This document shows positions 16,788 through 26,687 of a DNA stretch of 64,000 nt, in pieces (position 1 is the stretch's first letter; each line of letters starts with the position of its first letter). A program made the translations under genes and the position numbers. The stretch comes from Myxococcales bacterium. Its GTDB lineage: Bacteria > Myxococcota_A > UBA9160 > UBA4427. The notes beneath the pieces were generated by a model. It had not been told where the DNA came from and searched no databases. It saw only the letters and a list, made by a program, of their open reading frames with translations. The stretch spans positions 54,708 through 118,707 of the forward strand of contig JAAZXM010000006.1 in assembly GCA_014240165.1 (NCBI GenBank), in the 5' to 3' direction.

Positions 16788-17948
16788 ATGACCGCACCCG
16801 ATCAAGACCCCATCCTGGCCCCGCTTTCCTCCGTACCCCGTCGTCTCTTGGGTCCGGGGCCCTCCAATGTCCACGCTCGCGTCCGCGAGGCCATGGCTCA
16901 GCCGCTCCTGGGGCACCTCGACCCGGATTTCCTCGCGATTCTCGACGGCGTTCAGGACGCGCTGCGCGAACTCTTCGGAACCGAGAACCCCTTTACCCTC
17001 CCCCTTTCGGCTACCGGGAGCGCCGGGATGGAGGCCTGCCTGGTCAACCTTCTGGAACCGGGCGACCCCATCGTCATCGGCGTCAATGGTGTCTTCGGTG
17101 GGCGCATGGCGGACGTCGCCAGCCGCGCCGGCGCCCAAATCACGCGAGTCGACGCGCCATGGGGCTCCCCGCTGGATGAAGGAGCCATGGCCGAGGCCAT
17201 TCAAAATACCCGTCCCAAGGTCGTTGCCTTCGTGCACGCGGAGACCTCCACCGGGGTTCGGCAGGATCCCGAGGCGATCGCACGAACCGCCCGGGAGGCC
17301 GGCGCCCTGGTGCTTCTGGACTGCGTCACCTCCCTGGCCGGGATTCCCGTGGAACTCGATCGATGGGGGATCGACGCCGCGTATAGTGGCACGCAGAAAT
17401 GCCTGGCCTGCCCTCCGGGACTCTCGCCGGTGAGTTTCTCACCCCGCGCCCTCGAGACCGTCGCCGCGCGCCAGACCCCGGTCCAGAGTTGGTATCTCGA
17501 TGTCGGTCTGCTCAACGGGTATTACGGAGGCGAAAGGGTCTACCACCACACCGCCCCGATCTCGGCCATCTACGGCTTGGCGGAGGGGCTTACCCGAATT
17601 CGCGAAGAGGGCATGGAAAAACGAACCGCCCGCCACGCGAACGCTGCCCGCTACCTCCTCGAGCGGCTCATTCCCCTGGGCTTCAGTCCCCTGGTGGCCG
17701 AGGAAAACCGCCTCCCCATGCTCACCACGCTACGACTGCCCGATCGGGTCAACGCCCTGGGCGAAGCGAGCGTCCGAAGCGCCCTGCTTGGGCGCCACGG
17801 CATCGAGGTCGGCGGCGGCCTCGGCGAACTCGCCGGAAAGGTTTGGCGGGTGGGCTTGATGGGCGACAACGCCAGCGAAGAATCCGTGGACGCACTCGCC
17901 GAGGCGCTTGAAGAGGCGCTCGAAGAGGCGCTTGAAGCGAGCCCCTGA
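16788..17948 (+). CDS. Class V aminotransferase (alanine-glyoxylate / serine-pyruvate type)
   Basis: LLGPGPSNV start, SGTQKCL (PLP lysine) and overall AGXT-like pattern. The C-terminus carries an EALE repeat tail. Confidence 0.85.
   Translation: MTAPDQDPILAPLSSVPRRLLGPGPSNVHARVREAMAQPLLGHLDPDFLAILDGVQDALRELFGTENPFTLPLSATGSAGMEACLVNLLEPGDPIVIGVNGVFGGRMADVASRAGAQITRVDAPWGSPLDEGAMAEAIQNTRPKVVAFVHAETSTGVRQDPEAIARTAREAGALVLLDCVTSLAGIPVELDRWGIDAAYSGTQKCLACPPGLSPVSFSPRALETVAARQTPVQSWYLDVGLLNGYYGGERVYHHTAPISAIYGLAEGLTRIREEGMEKRTARHANAARYLLERLIPLGFSPLVAEENRLPMLTTLRLPDRVNALGEASVRSALLGRHGIEVGGGLGELAGKVWRVGLMGDNASEESVDALAEALEEALEEALEASP
17901..17936 (+). repeat. 12-nt in-frame tandem repeat x3 (GAGGCGCTYGAA) encoding EALEEALEEALE
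   Basis: Read directly at the 3' end of the aminotransferase gene. Confidence 0.8.
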
Positions 17949-17981
17949 ACCGGCCTCCGAGAAATACCCGGCGCGGAGGGA

Positions 17982-18056
17982 TGGCATCCCCAACGGGAAT
18001 CGAACCCGTGTCGCCGGCTTGAAAGGCCGGTGTCCTAACCGCTAGACGATGGGGAC
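17982..18056 (-). tRNA. tRNA-Glu (anticodon UUC), CCA encoded
   Basis: Manual cloverleaf: GTCCCCA/TGGGGAT acceptor (G1-U72 wobble), D arm GTCT-AGCGGTTA-GGAC, anticodon arm CCGGC-CTTTCAA-GCCGG, T arm ACGGG-TTCGATT-CCCGT, then G-CCA. 75 nt. Confidence 0.9.
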
Positions 18057-18202
18057 GCATCCATTCGTGCGCGCGGAGTATGACCCAGCTTCCGAGCATC
18101 GCCAGTTCCCAGCATCACTGCGGACCACGAGGCTCCGGCCCGCGAGCGCGATCGGCACCCCGCGCTCCCGCTTCCTGCCCGTAACGCGGTACCATTCGCG
18201 CC

Positions 18203-19132
18203 ATGGTGGAAAAGCAGATTCAGATCGAGCGCGCCCAGAACCTCTGGTCGAATTTCGCTCGCAGCGAGGAACTCATCGCCAGGGCCAGCCAGATTACGCC
18301 CGCCCCACAACTGGGCTTCGAGCGCATCGGAGGCCTGCCCGATGCCAAAGACGAGATCCTCACCTACGCCTGCGCAACGACGAACCCGGAGGTCTACTCG
18401 AATTGGGGAACCTTCCCCCCTTCCGGCCTGCTCTTGATCGGACAGCCCAGCAGCGGCAAAGGCCTGCTCGCCCAGGCGCTGGCGACCCAAACCGAAACCT
18501 CCTTTCTGCGCGTGGATGTCCCCCGCCTTGCCCTGGACGTCGTCCACTCCGGGGGAAAGGTCGGCGAGCTCATCCAACGCTGGACCCAGACCCTGGAAGA
18601 GATGCCTCGGCTGACCGTATTCTTCGACGAACTCGAGTTCTCCCAGGCGCACGACCTCGGCGGCCCGCGCCCCGACCTGCCCGTAGGACCCATCATGGAT
18701 TTTCTACTCGAGTTGATCGATCGCACCATCGCGTGCGAAGGACATCTGGTGGTGGGCTCAACCGGTTTTCCCGACACCCTGCGCCACGCCTTCGCGCGAC
18801 CCGGCCGACTCGAACGCATCGTCGAAGTCACGCCCAGCTATCCCGATGACGTGATCGCGGCGCTGGAAATTCACGCCGCCGATGCCGAAGCTCGCGCCGG
18901 CCGTCCCCTCTTCGACCAGGTGGACTGGAAACGGGTCGTTGGCCAGGCCCAGGATGGGAGTACCGGGGATTGGGTCCGACTGCTCCATGGGGTACTCCGC
19001 CACAAGGCACGTGTGGAGGCCTCAGGCGAATCCGCCGCATCAATCACAACGGCCGATCTCGATGGCGAGGTGGGCCGGTTCAGCCAAGCCCAGCGGCGGA
19101 TCCGCGTCTCCCGCGGCGGCAACTACGTCTGA
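18203..19132 (+). CDS. Stand-alone classic-clade AAA+ module with degenerate nucleotide-binding motifs
   Basis: Aligns by eye to the FtsH/Cdc48 AAA core. Walker A is GQPSSGKG (the canonical T/S is G). Walker B is VFFDELE. The sensor-1 position is GSTGFPD (Asn lost). RPGRLER is retained. Confidence 0.7.
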   Translation: MVEKQIQIERAQNLWSNFARSEELIARASQITPAPQLGFERIGGLPDAKDEILTYACATTNPEVYSNWGTFPPSGLLLIGQPSSGKGLLAQALATQTETSFLRVDVPRLALDVVHSGGKVGELIQRWTQTLEEMPRLTVFFDELEFSQAHDLGGPRPDLPVGPIMDFLLELIDRTIACEGHLVVGSTGFPDTLRHAFARPGRLERIVEVTPSYPDDVIAALEIHAADAEARAGRPLFDQVDWKRVVGQAQDGSTGDWVRLLHGVLRHKARVEASGESAASITTADLDGEVGRFSQAQRRIRVSRGGNYV

Positions 19133-19383
19133 ATCCGAAGGCCGTCCCGGACCACGCGAACCATCGGCAAATGGCCCGCAAACCCCGCTGATCCGCGGCT
19201 CAAAGCGCGTTCGAAAAGGCCCAACTCGGGTGTTCCGATGAACTTCCAACCGAGTTTGCTCAACGCCCGCGCCCTAAGCAGCAAGAATCGAAAACGAAAC
19301 TAACGAGATCGGCCCGCATGGCCGATACTTGGGGGGAGAGCGATCGACCCGGTAAGCGGGTTTCCGTGCCCGAAAGAGGAAAA

Positions 19384-20511
19384 ATGCATCCGCACACCGT
19401 GCTCTTCGTCGACGATGAGCCCAATATCCTGAAAGCCCTCCAGCGCATTCTCCGCAACGAGCGGATGAATGTCCTCACAGCATCCAATGCCGAAGAGGCG
19501 CTCAATATCCTCGGGCACACCGAGGCCCAGGTGGTGGTCTCCGACCAGGACATGCCCGAGATGAGCGGCGTGGAATTGCTTGCGCGCGTGCGCGACCACC
19601 ACCCCGCCACCATTCGCATGATGCTCACGGGCTTTACGGCGATGGACGTCGCGGTGGAAGCCATCAACCGCGGCGAAATTTTCCGGCTGATCACCAAGCC
19701 CTGGAATGACGAAGAACTCAAGATCATCCTCCGCCAGGCCTTCGATCACTACGACCTCAAACACGAGATCCGGCGACTGAACCAGGTCACCCGCACCCAG
19801 AACTTCAGTCTCCAGGACATGAACAAGAGTCTCGAGGCCAAGGTTCGCGAGCGCACCCGGCAACTCGACGAGAAGAACCACGAACTGCGAACCGCCTATA
19901 TCCAGACGATCCGGGCGCTGGCCGAGGCCATCGATGCCAAGGATACCTATACCCGCGGCCATTCCGAGCGAGTCGCGGTCTACGCCTCTCGAATCGCCCG
20001 CAAGATGAAACTCGAGACGCCTCTGATCGAGCGCGTGTACTTCGCGGGACTCCTCCACGATGTGGGCAAGATCGGCATTCCCGACGCCATCATCACGAAA
20101 CCCGATCGCCTGGACGACGAGGAGTACGAAGAGATCAAGAAGCACCCGGAAATCGGCGCAAAGATCCTCGAACCCGTCGAGTTCCTCCGCCAAATCGTGC
20201 CCTGCGTACGTCATCATCACGAATGGTTCGACGGCTCCGACCGGGGCTACCCCGAAAGGCTCGTCTCTCACGCCATTCCCCTGCCCTCTCGGATCATCCT
20301 GGTGGCCGACACCGCCGAGGCCATGACGAGCGATCGCCCCTACCGAAAGGGGCTGCCCCTGAATCGTGTGACTGCGGAGCTTCGAAAATTCTCAGGCAGC
20401 CAATTCGACCCTGTCGTGGTGGACGCTTTCCTTGAACTCCTCGAAGAAGAAGGAGACGGCTTCCTCTCGAAGAGCCAGAAATTTGATATTTACGAGTTCA
20501 TTGAGGGCTGA
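19384..20511 (+). CDS. Response regulator with HD-GYP c-di-GMP phosphodiesterase domain (RpfG-like)
   Basis: Receiver domain (VLFVDDEPNIL...VVSDQDMPEMSG). HD-GYP motifs LLHDVGKIGIP and HHEWFDGSDRGYP. GAGGAAAA Shine-Dalgarno sequence before ATG 19384. Confidence 0.9.
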   Translation: MHPHTVLFVDDEPNILKALQRILRNERMNVLTASNAEEALNILGHTEAQVVVSDQDMPEMSGVELLARVRDHHPATIRMMLTGFTAMDVAVEAINRGEIFRLITKPWNDEELKIILRQAFDHYDLKHEIRRLNQVTRTQNFSLQDMNKSLEAKVRERTRQLDEKNHELRTAYIQTIRALAEAIDAKDTYTRGHSERVAVYASRIARKMKLETPLIERVYFAGLLHDVGKIGIPDAIITKPDRLDDEEYEEIKKHPEIGAKILEPVEFLRQIVPCVRHHHEWFDGSDRGYPERLVSHAIPLPSRIILVADTAEAMTSDRPYRKGLPLNRVTAELRKFSGSQFDPVVVDAFLELLEEEGDGFLSKSQKFDIYEFIEG

Positions 20512-20531
20512 TCCGCACTCCGGGGAACGAC

Positions 20532-21572
20532 ATGCAGCGAACGAAGGAAAGCAAGCGACACCTCGAGAACCGCTCCCGACTGGAAGGTTTGGGATTCGGC
20601 TCCGATTCCATCCTGATGAGCGATCCCAAGCTCTTCTTGGACAGCGCCTTCCTGGCCATTGTGACCGCTGAGTTCCAACAGGAACTCGGCGAGGACTGCA
20701 GCCGCCAGGCCCTGCTGGAGATCGGTCGCCATCACGGGCTCTGCGATGCGATTCGAACGCTCTCCGCCGCATCCACCGGAGACGGAGATGCCGGATTTCC
20801 GCCCGCTCAAACCGGGCCCCACCTCGCCATGCAATTTGCCTCGCCACCTCGGCCCGCACAGGAGTTCGTGCTCCAGGGCAGTTGGCCCGAATGCCACGAG
20901 GCCCGAGCTCGACTCTCCCGCCTCACCCATACGGACGGACCCAGCTGTTTTCTGAGCGCGGGCTATACCGCCGGCTGGCTGGCGGAGATCTACGACGCCG
21001 AGGTCGAGGTGGTGGAGACCGTATGTGAGGCCAGCGGAGGCGAGACGTGTCGTTTCGAGGCCCGCATCATGGCTGCCGGCGCGTGCCGAACGGAAACGCC
21101 CCAGCCGAGCCCAGAGAAAGACGCCACCCCGCCCATGGAATTCCCCATCGAGTCTTTCGGTCCCGAAATCACCGACTCCGGCCACCACCCGGACTCGCCC
21201 TCACCCCTTGATCCCGAGGAAGATGCAGTCCAGGTCTGGGGTCCCGTGATGGTGCTTCCCTTTTCCGACCCGGAAGTCGCCGAAACAACCCTGTTGGAAC
21301 TCGAAATGGATTCCCTGAGCAGCGAAATCGGAGCCGTTGTCATCGACCTCAGGGGTCGCTCCCTGGATACGAATCGCGAGCAGGTTCGCCTCGAACGCAT
21401 TCTCAAAGTCATCGCGCGATGGCAGGCCCAGGTGGTCTTTGCGGGGGTTTCGCGCGCGACCGAAGCCACCCTTCAGCGCTTTGACTCGGGATGCCTGGTC
21501 AGCCGGAAGAAGCTGTCCGAGGCGATTGCCGCGGCTTTCCAGATTGCCGAAGCCCAGAGCCACAGCGTCTAG
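20532..21572 (+). CDS. V4R (XylR-N-like) sensor domain fused to a STAS-like domain
   Basis: V4R signature SCFLSAGYTAGWLAEIYDAEVEVVETVCEASGGETCRFE. The C-terminal RsbR-type STAS pattern is VWGPVMVLPFSD...GAVVIDLRGRSLDTN...VVFAGVS. Confidence 0.7.
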   Translation: MQRTKESKRHLENRSRLEGLGFGSDSILMSDPKLFLDSAFLAIVTAEFQQELGEDCSRQALLEIGRHHGLCDAIRTLSAASTGDGDAGFPPAQTGPHLAMQFASPPRPAQEFVLQGSWPECHEARARLSRLTHTDGPSCFLSAGYTAGWLAEIYDAEVEVVETVCEASGGETCRFEARIMAAGACRTETPQPSPEKDATPPMEFPIESFGPEITDSGHHPDSPSPLDPEEDAVQVWGPVMVLPFSDPEVAETTLLELEMDSLSSEIGAVVIDLRGRSLDTNREQVRLERILKVIARWQAQVVFAGVSRATEATLQRFDSGCLVSRKKLSEAIAAAFQIAEAQSHSV

Positions 21573-21601
21573 GCGTAGTCCAGCCTCGACCGAGACTCAG
21601 C

Positions 21602-23095
21602 ATGTCTTTGCAGCAAAGCGAAATCAAGCAATCGGATACGCTCGCGGAAACCGGCCTTCCCCGCGTCCTCGTAAGCTTGTACCGAACGCGTTTTCACGGC
21701 GTGCTGGCCCTGGAAAATCACGCCCAGCGCCGACGCTTCTCCTTCTACAAGGGCTCGCCCGCACTCGTAGAATCCACTGCGTCCGCGGACACCCTCGAGC
21801 GGCACCTGGTGTCGGCCAACCTGCTGAGCGCAGAGGACTACCGCCCCGTCGCTGAATACGCCGCTCGGAAGGGCGTCGGCGAGGCCACCGCGCTTCTGGC
21901 GCTGAATCGGGTGGACCCCCTGCAATTGCTCGAGATCCTGCGCCTGCGGGTCCGCAATTTGCTCTTGGATTCCATGGACTGGCAAAGCGGTCGCTACACA
22001 CTCTTCCCCGAGAGCCTGGAGAAAATGCCCCAGCAGTCGGACTTGGAACCCCTTCTCTGGGATCCGCCCCCGATCATCCACCAGGGCCTCATTCGCCAGA
22101 TGACGGTGGACCAAATGCTGGACGCCCTCGCCCCCCAGCTTCAGCGCTTCCCCCAAACCAGGCCCGACTTCAACCCGGCTCTGGGCCGACTCCAACTCGA
22201 CAGCCACCATGCAAAGCTGCTCTCATGTTTGGCCAAGGACCGGCCCCTTGCGGACAGTCTCGGACCGAACCTGACGTCGCCCCCGCTGCTCGCCGCGCTG
22301 TGGGTTCTCGATGCCTTGGGGTCGATCGAATTTCGTGATCACTGCCCCGCGAACAACGCGATCGATTTCGAGGCAGAGATCGAATTGATCCAGAAGAGCG
22401 ACGCCGACAAGGCCGATGCGCCCCAATCCGCGCCCTCCACGGCGGCCGCTGCGGACGCCCAGGAGGCCGACACCCTGCGGGCGGAAGTCGATGAACTCCG
22501 GGCCTTGCTGGGCACGGCAAGCCACTACGAAATCCTCGGCGTCGGGGAGGACGCCTCGTCCGGGGCTATCCAGAAGGCCTACTTCGGTGCCGCCAAACGT
22601 TTTCATCCCGACACCCTGGCCCGCCTGGGCCTGCAGGAGATCAAGCGCGAAGCGTCGGAAGTCTTTTCGCGCGTTGCCGAGGCTTTCGACGTCCTCTCGG
22701 ATTCCAATACTCGGCACGACTACGATGCCCCGCGTCGAGGCGAGTTCTCCAACTCCGATGCCCAGCGCGTCGCCCAGGCCGAAACCATGTACCGCAAGGG
22801 CGAGATCCTCCTTCGCATGGGCGATTTCAAGAATGCCCTGGATTTCCTGGCCCCGGCCGTGGAGGTCTGGCCCGAAGAGGCTGCGTACCAGAGTGCCCTG
22901 GGCTGGGCGCTCTACAAGCAGGCGGCATCGGATCCAAAATCCGCGCGCGAGCACCTCACCCGAGCCGTGGAACTCGACCCCGACGATGCCGTCGCTCATT
23001 TTCGGCTGGGGATGGTATTCCGCGCCCTGGGCGAAAACCGAGCCGCGACGGATCTGCTCGAGCGTGCGAAGGAACTCGAGCCCCCGGCCGAATAA
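21602..23095 (+). CDS. DUF4388-like N-terminal domain + J domain (HPD) + TPR repeats
   Basis: J domain SHYEILGVGEDAS...AAKRFHPD...DVLSDSNTRHDYD. C-terminal TPR-like repeats. The N-terminus resembles DUF4388 (LPRVLVSLYRTRFHGVLAL...WQSGRYTLFP). Confidence 0.75.
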   Translation: MSLQQSEIKQSDTLAETGLPRVLVSLYRTRFHGVLALENHAQRRRFSFYKGSPALVESTASADTLERHLVSANLLSAEDYRPVAEYAARKGVGEATALLALNRVDPLQLLEILRLRVRNLLLDSMDWQSGRYTLFPESLEKMPQQSDLEPLLWDPPPIIHQGLIRQMTVDQMLDALAPQLQRFPQTRPDFNPALGRLQLDSHHAKLLSCLAKDRPLADSLGPNLTSPPLLAALWVLDALGSIEFRDHCPANNAIDFEAEIELIQKSDADKADAPQSAPSTAAAADAQEADTLRAEVDELRALLGTASHYEILGVGEDASSGAIQKAYFGAAKRFHPDTLARLGLQEIKREASEVFSRVAEAFDVLSDSNTRHDYDAPRRGEFSNSDAQRVAQAETMYRKGEILLRMGDFKNALDFLAPAVEVWPEEAAYQSALGWALYKQAASDPKSAREHLTRAVELDPDDAVAHFRLGMVFRALGENRAATDLLERAKELEPPAE

Positions 23096-23116
23096 CCCGG
23101 AACAGCGGCGTGGGGA

Positions 23117-24127
23117 TCAGTTCCCGCCGGCCTTCAGCAAGCCCGCCGCCGCCGCATTGGGCTCCACTCCCAGACGGCCTGGCTGGACAATGTCTTCGCG
23201 CCAGGTGCTCAAGCGGAGGGCGAAAGGCACTCCCCCGGCTCCCCGGTAGAAATAACGCGCCCGGACGTCCCCCACCCGGCTATAGGGGCCCTCCAGCCCG
23301 TATGCCCGCGCTTCCGCGTCAAAGCGCGCGAAGAGCCCGACCTCTGCGGGTGACAACTTCAACTCACCCACTACCACGCCCCGGGGCAGCGCGTAGAGCG
23401 CCGAGAGATTCGGATCCGAGAAAGCCGCGCCCCCGGCCACGCGCGCACCGAGTTTCCGTACTTCGTCGGTGGTGCGTTGCATGATCGATGCCCCCAGGAC
23501 CGGGTGGGCCGCATAGCCCAGGGCATGCCCGAGTTCGTGCAGCACGGTCCCGAGAAGTTGGTCGTCTCCCAGGGCCACGGGCCTGCCCAGAGCGTCCCGC
23601 TCCTGCCGGTTCAAGTAGATCGAAGCCCAGCGGATCTCCGCCGGAACCCGACCCTCCCGAAGCACGACCCGCCCGCCTTCGGTCGCGATGGCGCAATCCG
23701 CCAGGGCGTTGCCCGAACCCGTGGGCGAACCCGGGCCCGCCGACACGAAGCGCAGTTCGAGGCGAGCCTCGGCGGGCTCGACCTCACGGAAAGCGACCCC
23801 AATGCCGGCGCTGGACCAGGCCTTCAAGGCCAAGCGCAGAATCCGCAATTCCCGCGGATCCGCATCCGGCGGAAGCGAAACCGGGATGGGCTGCTGGACC
23901 GACCAGCGGCAGAGAAAGAGCACCAGGCCCTCGCCATAGGGTGCCATATGGGGCGGCGAATCCGAGAGCCTGGAGTCTCGCACCACCGGCAGGCTGCCCT
24001 GCTCTTCGGAGAGATCAGTGACTTCCCAGCCTCCGAGGGACGGGGCGCAGCCCGGCACCGTGACGAGCACGAGCAGGCCGAACCCGAAGGCTTCAAGAGT
24101 ACGACTCAAGGGACGACGGTTCGGCAT
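23117..24127 (-). CDS. Zinc metalloprotease lipoprotein (HExxH, metzincin-like)
   Basis: Lipobox LVTVPGC and VLHELGHALGYAAH. Start taken at ATG 24127 inside the 23117..24319 ORF. Confidence 0.7.
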   Translation of the reverse strand: MPNRRPLSRTLEAFGFGLLVLVTVPGCAPSLGGWEVTDLSEEQGSLPVVRDSRLSDSPPHMAPYGEGLVLFLCRWSVQQPIPVSLPPDADPRELRILRLALKAWSSAGIGVAFREVEPAEARLELRFVSAGPGSPTGSGNALADCAIATEGGRVVLREGRVPAEIRWASIYLNRQERDALGRPVALGDDQLLGTVLHELGHALGYAAHPVLGASIMQRTTDEVRKLGARVAGGAAFSDPNLSALYALPRGVVVGELKLSPAEVGLFARFDAEARAYGLEGPYSRVGDVRARYFYRGAGGVPFALRLSTWREDIVQPGRLGVEPNAAAAGLLKAGGN

Positions 24128-24143
24128 TCTGGGGATCTTCCGT

Positions 24144-26111
24144 TCAGCGCACGATCCGGAGCGGCCCGGGATCGGCATCGCTTTCAAAGCCGAAGATCTG
24201 AGCGTAGAAATAAAGTTCGCCTTCCAGGGCGGCGCGGATATTCGCCGCCTTGCGAAAGCCGTGTTGCTCGCCCTCGAAAGCCACGTAGGCGTGGGGGATC
24301 CCGCGAAGAGCAAGTGCATCCACCATGGCCTGGGCCTGATTGGGCGGAACGATGGCGTCCTCGAGCCCCTGGAAGAAGGCGATGGGGCAGTTCAGACGCT
24401 CGGGAAAATGAATCGGGGAACGTGCCCGGTAGGTTTCACGCGCCTCGGGATAGGGCCCGACCAGCCCATCGGTGTAGCGTGCCTCGAATTTATGCGTGTC
24501 CCGAGCAAGCGCCTCCAGGTCTCCGATCCCGTAATGACTGGCGCCGGCTCGAAACGTGTCGTGGAAGGTGAGCGCGCAAAGCGTCGTGTACCCCCCGGCG
24601 CTCCCGCCGCTGATGGCCAGGCGGTGGGCGTCCACCCGTCCGTCTGCCGCCAGGGCCTCGGCGGCCGCGACACAATCCTCGACATCCACCACCCCCCACT
24701 CGCCGCGGAGGAGTTCGCGGTACGCCCGCCCGTATCCCGTCGAGCCGCCATAGTCCACGTCCACCACCGCGATGCCGCGGCTGACCCAATATTGAATGCG
24801 AAGGTCCAGGGCCGTAGAAGCCGCCGCGGTGGGCCCCCCATGGCTCTTCACCAACAACGGGGGCCGCTCCGCAGCCGGCGGCTGTCCGTCCCGGCGCCGA
24901 GGCGCATAGAGCCAGCCATGGGATCGCCGACCGCCCGCAGATTCGAATTCGAAGGCCTCCGGGGCGACCAGGGTCGAAGCTTCGAAATCCAGGCTCGAAC
25001 CGCGCCGGAGTTCACGCGGGCGGCCGTTGGCGAGGTCCAGAGCGACCACCGCCGAAGGCCGATCCGCGGCCGAAGCGATGAAACAGACCCGCTCCCCTTC
25101 GACTTGAATCCCCTCGTAGCCGCTATAGGGCAACTGCAGGTCTTCGAGCCTTCCCGAGAGGCAATCGAGGCGGCCCAAGCGACTTCGCCCCCCAACCCCA
25201 TGGACGCAGAGGATCGCTTCCTCGGACAGGAACGCGTAGCGCGAGAGACCGAAAACCCATTGCGGGCCCGCGAACTCCTCGGATCGGCCGCATAGGGCCG
25301 CCACTTCCCCATCCGCCCGCAGCGCGTACAGGTTCCACCAGCCGCTCCGATCCGAAATGAAGGTCAAGCGGCCACCCGGAGAGAACCGAGGCTGAAAAAT
25401 CGACTCGGACGCTCCCCCCGCGACGGTCCGTGCCTCGCCCGCGGGCCCCTCCCGGCTCCATTTTTGAATGAAGAGCGTCGTGCCATCCCAAGGCATATTC
25501 GGGTGCTGCCAGGCCGTATAGGCCAGCATCGAGCCATCCGGAGAAAACACCGGAAAGCTGTAGAAATCGTATCCCTCGGCAATCACCCGGGGCGCCTCCA
25601 CCTTTGGCGGAAGCCCTTGCTCGGGCAGGCGGAACACAACCAGGCGATTTTCGGGTTCCCGCCCCTCTCGGGGCCGCTCCTCCACGGCCACCAGCGCGTC
25701 TCGTCCGGGGGTCACCGCGAAATCGGCGTAGCGTGCACCCGGGGGCGAAAGCGGCGCGGAGCGGCCATCCCGGCTGGCATGGATTCGCTGATCGGCGAAA
25801 TCGACATAGAAGAGCCATTCCCCCGCCACCGCGTAGTCGCCCCCGCCGTACTCGTGCACCCGGGTACGCACGTTGGCCGAGGTGGGCGTGACCTCCTGGG
25901 AACCCGGCTGGGCAGCTGCAAAAGCCTCGCGGGCGAGCATCACCTGCTGGCGACCCCCCTCCGCCGGCCGCCCCTCGAGCCAGTAGACCGCACCCTCGCG
26001 AATCCGCGGCTGGGATAGACGCAGCGAGGCCTCGGCCAGACCCGCGGCGCGAATCGGGGAGGACCAACTTCCGTAGGCGGAACTCAAGATCGCCGCTCCC
26101 GGACGGGCCAC
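24144..26111 (-). CDS. S9 family serine peptidase (prolyl oligopeptidase/dipeptidyl peptidase type, beta-propeller + alpha/beta hydrolase)
   Basis: Catalytic GGSAGGYT (GxSxGG), GLEDAIVP (Asp) and GEQHGF (His). Confidence 0.85.
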   Translation of the reverse strand: MARPGAAILSSAYGSWSSPIRAAGLAEASLRLSQPRIREGAVYWLEGRPAEGGRQQVMLAREAFAAAQPGSQEVTPTSANVRTRVHEYGGGDYAVAGEWLFYVDFADQRIHASRDGRSAPLSPPGARYADFAVTPGRDALVAVEERPREGREPENRLVVFRLPEQGLPPKVEAPRVIAEGYDFYSFPVFSPDGSMLAYTAWQHPNMPWDGTTLFIQKWSREGPAGEARTVAGGASESIFQPRFSPGGRLTFISDRSGWWNLYALRADGEVAALCGRSEEFAGPQWVFGLSRYAFLSEEAILCVHGVGGRSRLGRLDCLSGRLEDLQLPYSGYEGIQVEGERVCFIASAADRPSAVVALDLANGRPRELRRGSSLDFEASTLVAPEAFEFESAGGRRSHGWLYAPRRRDGQPPAAERPPLLVKSHGGPTAAASTALDLRIQYWVSRGIAVVDVDYGGSTGYGRAYRELLRGEWGVVDVEDCVAAAEALAADGRVDAHRLAISGGSAGGYTTLCALTFHDTFRAGASHYGIGDLEALARDTHKFEARYTDGLVGPYPEARETYRARSPIHFPERLNCPIAFFQGLEDAIVPPNQAQAMVDALALRGIPHAYVAFEGEQHGFRKAANIRAALEGELYFYAQIFGFESDADPGPLRIVR

Positions 26112-26135
26112 CCCCGGCTGAGATCCCTTGCAACT

Positions 26136-26687
26136 TTATTCATCGCGAGGAAGAGATCCAGCGCTGGAGTCGGAGGTGGACGCTTCCGCCGGCGCGCCCG
26201 CGGAAACCGACTGCGAAGCGGTTGCCACCCCGGGCATGGCCCGGGCGAGCCGGTCGAGCAGGAAACGGTTGGCAAAGAGCGCCCACAGAACGAAGGGCAC
26301 GGCATCGGTCATCACCAGCGCGGGAAAATAACGGGCCATGGACTCTCCCGTGCGTCCCTCCTGACCAAAGCTCACCCAGGACCAATAACTCAGGGCCACA
26401 TGGCTCAAGAAGATGACGAAAGTGCCTACGGCCAGCCCGATCAGGCGCCGCTTCAGCGCCAGGCCCGGCGTCACGAGCATGAGCCCCAAAAAGGGGATGA
26501 AGCCTACGAATCGATCCCGCACCAGCCCCGCACTCACGTGGGTCACGCCCATCTCCTGCAAGAGGGGAAAGGCCAGCCGGCGAAAGATGTCGTGGTAGGT
26601 CTCCAAGCCACCATGCGTCCACCACCAGACCAGCGGAGCCGTGATGGCGATGAACTCAAGGAGAATCAGGAAGGGCCTGATCTTCAC
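26136..26687 (-). CDS. Polytopic membrane protein, probable exosortase-associated partner
   Basis: About 5 hydrophobic helices. GTG start at 26687 preceded by AAGGTGG. Overlaps the exosortase gene by 32 nt. Confidence 0.55.
   Translation of the reverse strand: MKIRPFLILLEFIAITAPLVWWWTHGGLETYHDIFRRLAFPLLQEMGVTHVSAGLVRDRFVGFIPFLGLMLVTPGLALKRRLIGLAVGTFVIFLSHVALSYWSWVSFGQEGRTGESMARYFPALVMTDAVPFVLWALFANRFLLDRLARAMPGVATASQSVSAGAPAEASTSDSSAGSLPRDE

Noticed and set aside
17982-18202. tRNA-Glu as a potential integration site for a genomic island.
   Set aside because: There is no integrase, no duplicated tRNA 3' fragment and no compositional shift on either side. The flanking genes look native.
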